Positions 60,308 to 64,000 of a DNA stretch of 64,000 nucleotides are shown here, in pieces. The translations under genes were made by a program, and so were the position numbers. This stretch comes from Cyanobacteriota bacterium (GTDB lineage Bacteria > Cyanobacteriota > Cyanobacteriia > PCC-6307 > Cyanobiaceae), in the NCBI GenBank assembly GCA_965657465.1, contig CBFHOT010000003.1, forward strand, positions 1,460 to 65,459. The letters run 5' to 3'. Each line of letters begins with the position of its first letter. Positions within the stretch are counted from its first letter, which is position 1. The notes below the pieces were generated by a model. It was given only the letters and a program-made list of their open reading frames with translations. It did no database searches and was not told where the DNA came from.

Positions 60308-61153
60308 GTGATCCCCGCCCCGCTCTCTCCCCCCGGCGACTGGCTGGAGCTGCTGCGCCTGCCGTTCATGCAGCGGGCCCTGCTGGCCGGTCTGCTCAGC
60401 GGCGGCCTGGGCGGGCTGCTGGGCAGCGTGGCGGTGCTGCGGCAGCTCTCGTTCTTCAGTGATGCCCTCGGCCATTCGGCCCTGCTCGGCATCAGCCTCG
60501 GCCTGGTGCTGGGGGTTGAGCCCAACCTGGTGCTGATTCCCTTCGCGGTGCTGTTCGCCCTGGTGGTGGCCCAGCTGGTGGAGCGCAGCCGGCTGCCCAG
60601 CGACGCCCTGCTGAACATCGTCTATTCCTCGTCGCTGGCCACCGCCGTGCTGGTGCTGCGCCTGGCGGCCGGCCGCGGCGGCAGCCTTGAGCAGCTGCTC
60701 TTCGGCGACATCCTGGCGGTGAGCAACCGCGATGTGCTGGTGGAGGGGGTGCTGCTGTTGGCGGTGCTGCTCTATCTGCTGCTCACCCGCCGCAGCCAGA
60801 TCCTGGTGAGCCTCGATCCGGGACTGGCGATCAGCCAGGGGGTGGCCGTGCACTGGCAGCGGTTGCTGTTTGTGGTGGTGCTGGCGGTGGTGGTGGCCCT
60901 CTCGATCAAGGCGGTGGGCGTGCTGCTGGTGAGTGCCTTCGTGGTGATCCCCGCCTGCGCGGCACGGCTGCTGGCCCCCGATTTCAATCGCTACGTGTTG
61001 CTGGCCAGCGGCCTGGGGGCCGGCTGCGGCGTGGTGGGGCTGCTGCTCTCGGGGCTGTTCAACCTGCCCTCCGGTCCCTGTGTGGTGATCCTGCAGCTGC
61101 TGGTGTTTCTGGGGGCGCTGCTGCTTCAGTCATGGCCCTCAGCCTCGGCCTGA
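60308..61153 (+). CDS. znuB: Zn/Mn ABC transporter permease
   Basis: FMQRAL, SDALGHSALLG, LFGDIL, VGVLLV..VIPA. Confidence 0.88.
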   Translation: MIPAPLSPPGDWLELLRLPFMQRALLAGLLSGGLGGLLGSVAVLRQLSFFSDALGHSALLGISLGLVLGVEPNLVLIPFAVLFALVVAQLVERSRLPSDALLNIVYSSSLATAVLVLRLAAGRGGSLEQLLFGDILAVSNRDVLVEGVLLLAVLLYLLLTRRSQILVSLDPGLAISQGVAVHWQRLLFVVVLAVVVALSIKAVGVLLVSAFVVIPACAARLLAPDFNRYVLLASGLGAGCGVVGLLLSGLFNLPSGPCVVILQLLVFLGALLLQSWPSASA

Positions 61154-61933
61154 GCGCGCCAGCAGCAGCGGCAGGCAGCAGCAGGCCATGAATGGTCCGG
61201 GTGCCAGATCGAGCAGCAGGGCCAGGCCACAGCTCACCAGCGCGATCATGCCTCCGATGGTGCTGGCGCTACGCAGGCTCCGGGCCAAGCTGCTGGCCTG
61301 CCTCAGGGCGAACAGCGCCGGCGCGCAGATCAGGGCCATCACCAGCGCCAGCCCCACCGCTGCCGTTGCGGTCACCACTACCAGTGCCGTTAGGGCGGCC
61401 ATCGCCAGGCGCAGGGAGCGCAGGGGCAGCTCCAGCTCCTCAGCTCCCTCCGGGTCCAGCCCCAGCCACTGCAGCCGCTCGAACTGGAGTGCCAGCATGG
61501 CCAGCAACAGCGCCAGGGTCAGCAGTACCTCCACAAGGTCGGAGGGCCCGCTCAACAGCAGATCCCCGAACAGCAGCCCATCAAGGTCGACCGGCAGATC
61601 CAGGGCTTGCACCAGCAGCACCCCCAGCCCCAGGCTGCTGGCCAGAACGGTGTTCAGCACCGCATCGGCCTCCGCGCCGACCACCCGCCGCCGTGCCATC
61701 AGCAGTTCGGCCAGCAGCACCGATCCGAGCGCGCCGGCCAGGCCCCCCAGTATTGGCGGCAGATCAAGGGCCCGGGCCCCCACAACGCCCGGCAGCACGG
61801 CGTAGGCCATCAGGTTGGTGGTCAGCACCCGCTGCTGCAGCACCAGCAGGGTGCCCAGTAGGGGGCACAACAGGCCGCACAGCCCGGCCAGCAGCAGGGG
61901 CAGCAGCCACCAGGGGGTGAGCAGCAGGTTCAT
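61139..61933 (-). CDS. Second metal ABC transporter permease (divergent)
   Basis: AVLPG, LLFGDLL, VGLALV..APA, LDLAPGP. Confidence 0.85.
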   Translation of the reverse strand: MNLLLTPWWLLPLLLAGLCGLLCPLLGTLLVLQQRVLTTNLMAYAVLPGVVGARALDLPPILGGLAGALGSVLLAELLMARRRVVGAEADAVLNTVLASSLGLGVLLVQALDLPVDLDGLLFGDLLLSGPSDLVEVLLTLALLLAMLALQFERLQWLGLDPEGAEELELPLRSLRLAMAALTALVVVTATAAVGLALVMALICAPALFALRQASSLARSLRSASTIGGMIALVSCGLALLLDLAPGPFMACCCLPLLLARSGRG

Positions 61934-62565
61934 CGCAGCTCCCCCCTGTGCAGCCGGCCGGCCTGCAGATGCAGGTGCTCCAGGTGTTGGAAGCTGCTGG
62001 GCAGCGCTCCGTGGGCGGTGAAGACCACCGCGGTGCCGGCGCGTGCCAGCTCCGTCAGCAGTGTCCCCAGCTGCAGTCGGCTGGTGGCGTCCAAACAGGC
62101 CAGGGGTTCATCGAGCAGCAGCACCTCGGCCTGCCGTGCCACGGCCCTGGCCACCAGGGCCCGCTGCCGCTGCCCCTCGGAGAGTGTGGCAATCGCTGCC
62201 CGAGCCAGGGCCGTCAGGCCCACCTGCTCCAGCGCCCTCTCGACCAGTTGGGTCGGCCCGCTGCAGCCCAGGCCCACCAGATCGGCAACGCAGATCGGGT
62301 AGTGCCACCGCAGTGGGGGACTTTGGGTCACCAGGGCCAGCCTGCGGCACTGGCCACGCAGGGGCTGACCGGCCAGCCGCACCCAGCCGGCATCAGGCTG
62401 CAGTCTGCCTTGGAGCAGCTGCAGCAGCGTCGACTTGCCGGCGCCGTTGTCGCCGCTGATCAGGGTGCAGGACCCGGCGTCCAGGTAGAGGTTGATCCCT
62501 TGCAGCACCGGGCGTTCTCTGCGGCTGAAGCTCAGCCGCTGCACCTGCAGCAGGGGGATATCCAT
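61930..62565 (-). CDS. Second metal ABC transporter ATP-binding protein
   Basis: GDNGAGKST, LSEGQRQR, LLLDEP, TAH. Confidence 0.88.
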   Translation of the reverse strand: MDIPLLQVQRLSFSRRERPVLQGINLYLDAGSCTLISGDNGAGKSTLLQLLQGRLQPDAGWVRLAGQPLRGQCRRLALVTQSPPLRWHYPICVADLVGLGCSGPTQLVERALEQVGLTALARAAIATLSEGQRQRALVARAVARQAEVLLLDEPLACLDATSRLQLGTLLTELARAGTAVVFTAHGALPSSFQHLEHLHLQAGRLHRGELR

Positions 62566-62620
62566 CAAGGGCGCCAGGGACCGGCGGCAGAAGCGGCAAC
62601 CATTGTGCCGCTTCATCAAA

Positions 62621-62635
62621 TGAGAATCGTTATCG
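62621..62635. promoter_or_regulatory. Zur-like box in divergent promoter of second ABC system
   Basis: TGAGAATCGTTATCG. Confidence 0.68.
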
Positions 62636-62660
62636 TTCGCTGCAGCTGGCCCGCTGCGCT

Positions 62661-63611
62661 TTGTCTGTCTGCTTCCTCTGCTCTGGTTTCGCTCTGCGCG
62701 GGGTCGGCCTGGGCATCGCCGCTCTGGCTGCGCTCCCGTTGCTGCCCACCCGGGCGGACACGCCCCCTCCTGCGGCACCGCTGGTGGTCGCTGCCGACGG
62801 GGTGCTCTGCGATCTCACCCGTTCCCTGGTTGCCGATCAGGCTCGGGTGGTCTGTCTGATCGCCGCTGGCGCCGACCCCCATCAGGCCGTGCTTAGGCCC
62901 CGTGATCGCCAGGCCCTGGCGCAGGCTCAGTTGGTACTCCGCAATGGCTATCGCCTGACACCGGCGCTGGAGGGTCTGGCCTTGCGCGCTTTGCAGGTGG
63001 CGGTCGCGGAGCAGGCCGTGCCCGCCAGTCCCGGCCGTGATCCCCACGTCTGGCATGACAGCAGCCATGCCGCCGCCATGGTGCGGGTGGTGGAGGATCG
63101 GTTGGTGGCGCTCCTTCCCACCCGGGCCGTCGCTGGCGTCAGGCGCCGCGCGCAGGATGCCCGCTCCGTGCTCGATGCCCTCGGGTCCTGGACCGGAGCT
63201 CAGATCCGCACCGTGCCGGAGGCCAGTCGGGTGCTGGTGACCGAGCACCGCGCCTTCAGCACCATGGCCCGCCGCTATGGCCTGCGGGAGCTGCCCCTGC
63301 GCGCCTCCTTCAGCACCGCCGGCGCCCTTCGCCCCTCTGCCCTGGCCGCTATGGCCAGGGCCGTGCGGGAGTCGGGGACCCGTCAGTTATTTGCGGAGTC
63401 AGCACCGCCTTCCAAGACGCTGCGGCGGGTCAGTCGCAGCAGCGGCGTGCCGCTCAATCCCACGCCTCTTGTGGCCGACGGCCTGGCCCCCGGTCGCTCC
63501 TGGGTCCAGACCGCCACCGCCAATGTCTGCGCGGTCGTCAACGGTCAGGGCGGCCGCTGCGACAGCGCCGGCGCTGAACGGCTGGCCCAGCGCTGGCTGG
63601 CCATTCGCTGA
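62661..63611 (+). CDS. Second Zn/Mn ABC substrate-binding protein (no His-rich loop)
   Basis: VVAADGVLCDL, ADPH, NGYRL, DPHVWHD, TEHRAF; start uncertain. Confidence 0.88.
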   Translation: MSVCFLCSGFALRGVGLGIAALAALPLLPTRADTPPPAAPLVVAADGVLCDLTRSLVADQARVVCLIAAGADPHQAVLRPRDRQALAQAQLVLRNGYRLTPALEGLALRALQVAVAEQAVPASPGRDPHVWHDSSHAAAMVRVVEDRLVALLPTRAVAGVRRRAQDARSVLDALGSWTGAQIRTVPEASRVLVTEHRAFSTMARRYGLRELPLRASFSTAGALRPSALAAMARAVRESGTRQLFAESAPPSKTLRRVSRSSGVPLNPTPLVADGLAPGRSWVQTATANVCAVVNGQGGRCDSAGAERLAQRWLAIR

Positions 63612-63703
63612 GGCCGCCATCCCGCCCCTGCAGTTCCGCTTCCATTCCCGCCCGCGCTGCCCACTCCCCGGCGCTCTCTTTTTCCCCTTCGCTCTTGCCT
63701 GCC

Positions 63704-64000
63704 ATGACACCTCTGCCTTGCCGCTTGGCCACTGCCTCGCGCCTCGGGTCGCTCGCTACCGCGTTGCTGCTGAGCTGCTGTTGGCCGCAGGCGGTGCGGG
63801 CCCATGGAACCGGAGGCGCGGCGGATCTGGCCCCCGGTGCATTTCGGGTTGCTCCTGTGCTCACCCTTGAGGGGCATGCCGGCTTGGAGGACAACCTCGA
63901 GGGGCGCCCGCGTCACTACGCCGTGGATGGTCTGCTGGGTGTGGTGATGGAGTGGGGGTTGCACGATCGGGGCAGCCTGGCCATTGAGGCGCTGCTGGGG
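63704..64000 (+). CDS. Hypothetical exported protein, 5' part (runs off window; not in ORF track)
   Basis: Open frame MTPLPC..AVRA-HGTGG..VLTLEGHAGLEDNLEGRPRHYAVDGLLGVVMEWGL; signal peptide then N-terminal His. Confidence 0.72.
   Translation, partial: MTPLPCRLATASRLGSLATALLLSCCWPQAVRAHGTGGAADLAPGAFRVAPVLTLEGHAGLEDNLEGRPRHYAVDGLLGVVMEWGLHDRGSLAIEALLG

Overview
High-GC bacterial chromosome segment, most consistent with a picocyanobacterium of the Cyanobium/Synechococcus type (SLH-domain Som porin, DUF1400 hydrolase, FurA/Zur, FutA/FutB, hemL, glcD). I saw no rRNA, tRNA, transposase, integrase or CRISPR array. Left part (1-19 kb): the 3' end of a 5-oxoprolinase; a V/A-type ATPase operon in permuted order (B-D-I-K-E-C-A) followed by ppk2, a K+ channel and a cation/H+ antiporter; ggt; and a small island with a nonsense-interrupted APH-like kinase, a cupin and a divergent sulfotransferase-like protein. 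Middle (19-43 kb): housekeeping genes (NRAMP, hemL, glcD, xth, larC, fur, nth) and an AraC-linked cytoplasmic sulfatase/FGE/transporter cluster. Right part (43.6-64 kb): a metal-homeostasis supercluster. Its iron block has a Crp/IdiB-like regulator behind Fur-like boxes, a 55-aa Cys-rich ORF missing from the ORF track, futB/futA, a PKHD hydroxylase and a porin, with three CRP-type sites. Its cobalt block is hupE under a B12 riboswitch carrying an extra inserted hairpin. Its zinc block has COG0523, zur, a permease/TIGR03943 pair, two ZnuABC-like sets and four related operator boxes. Start codons were chosen by eye; all family calls come from motif recognition, not database searches.
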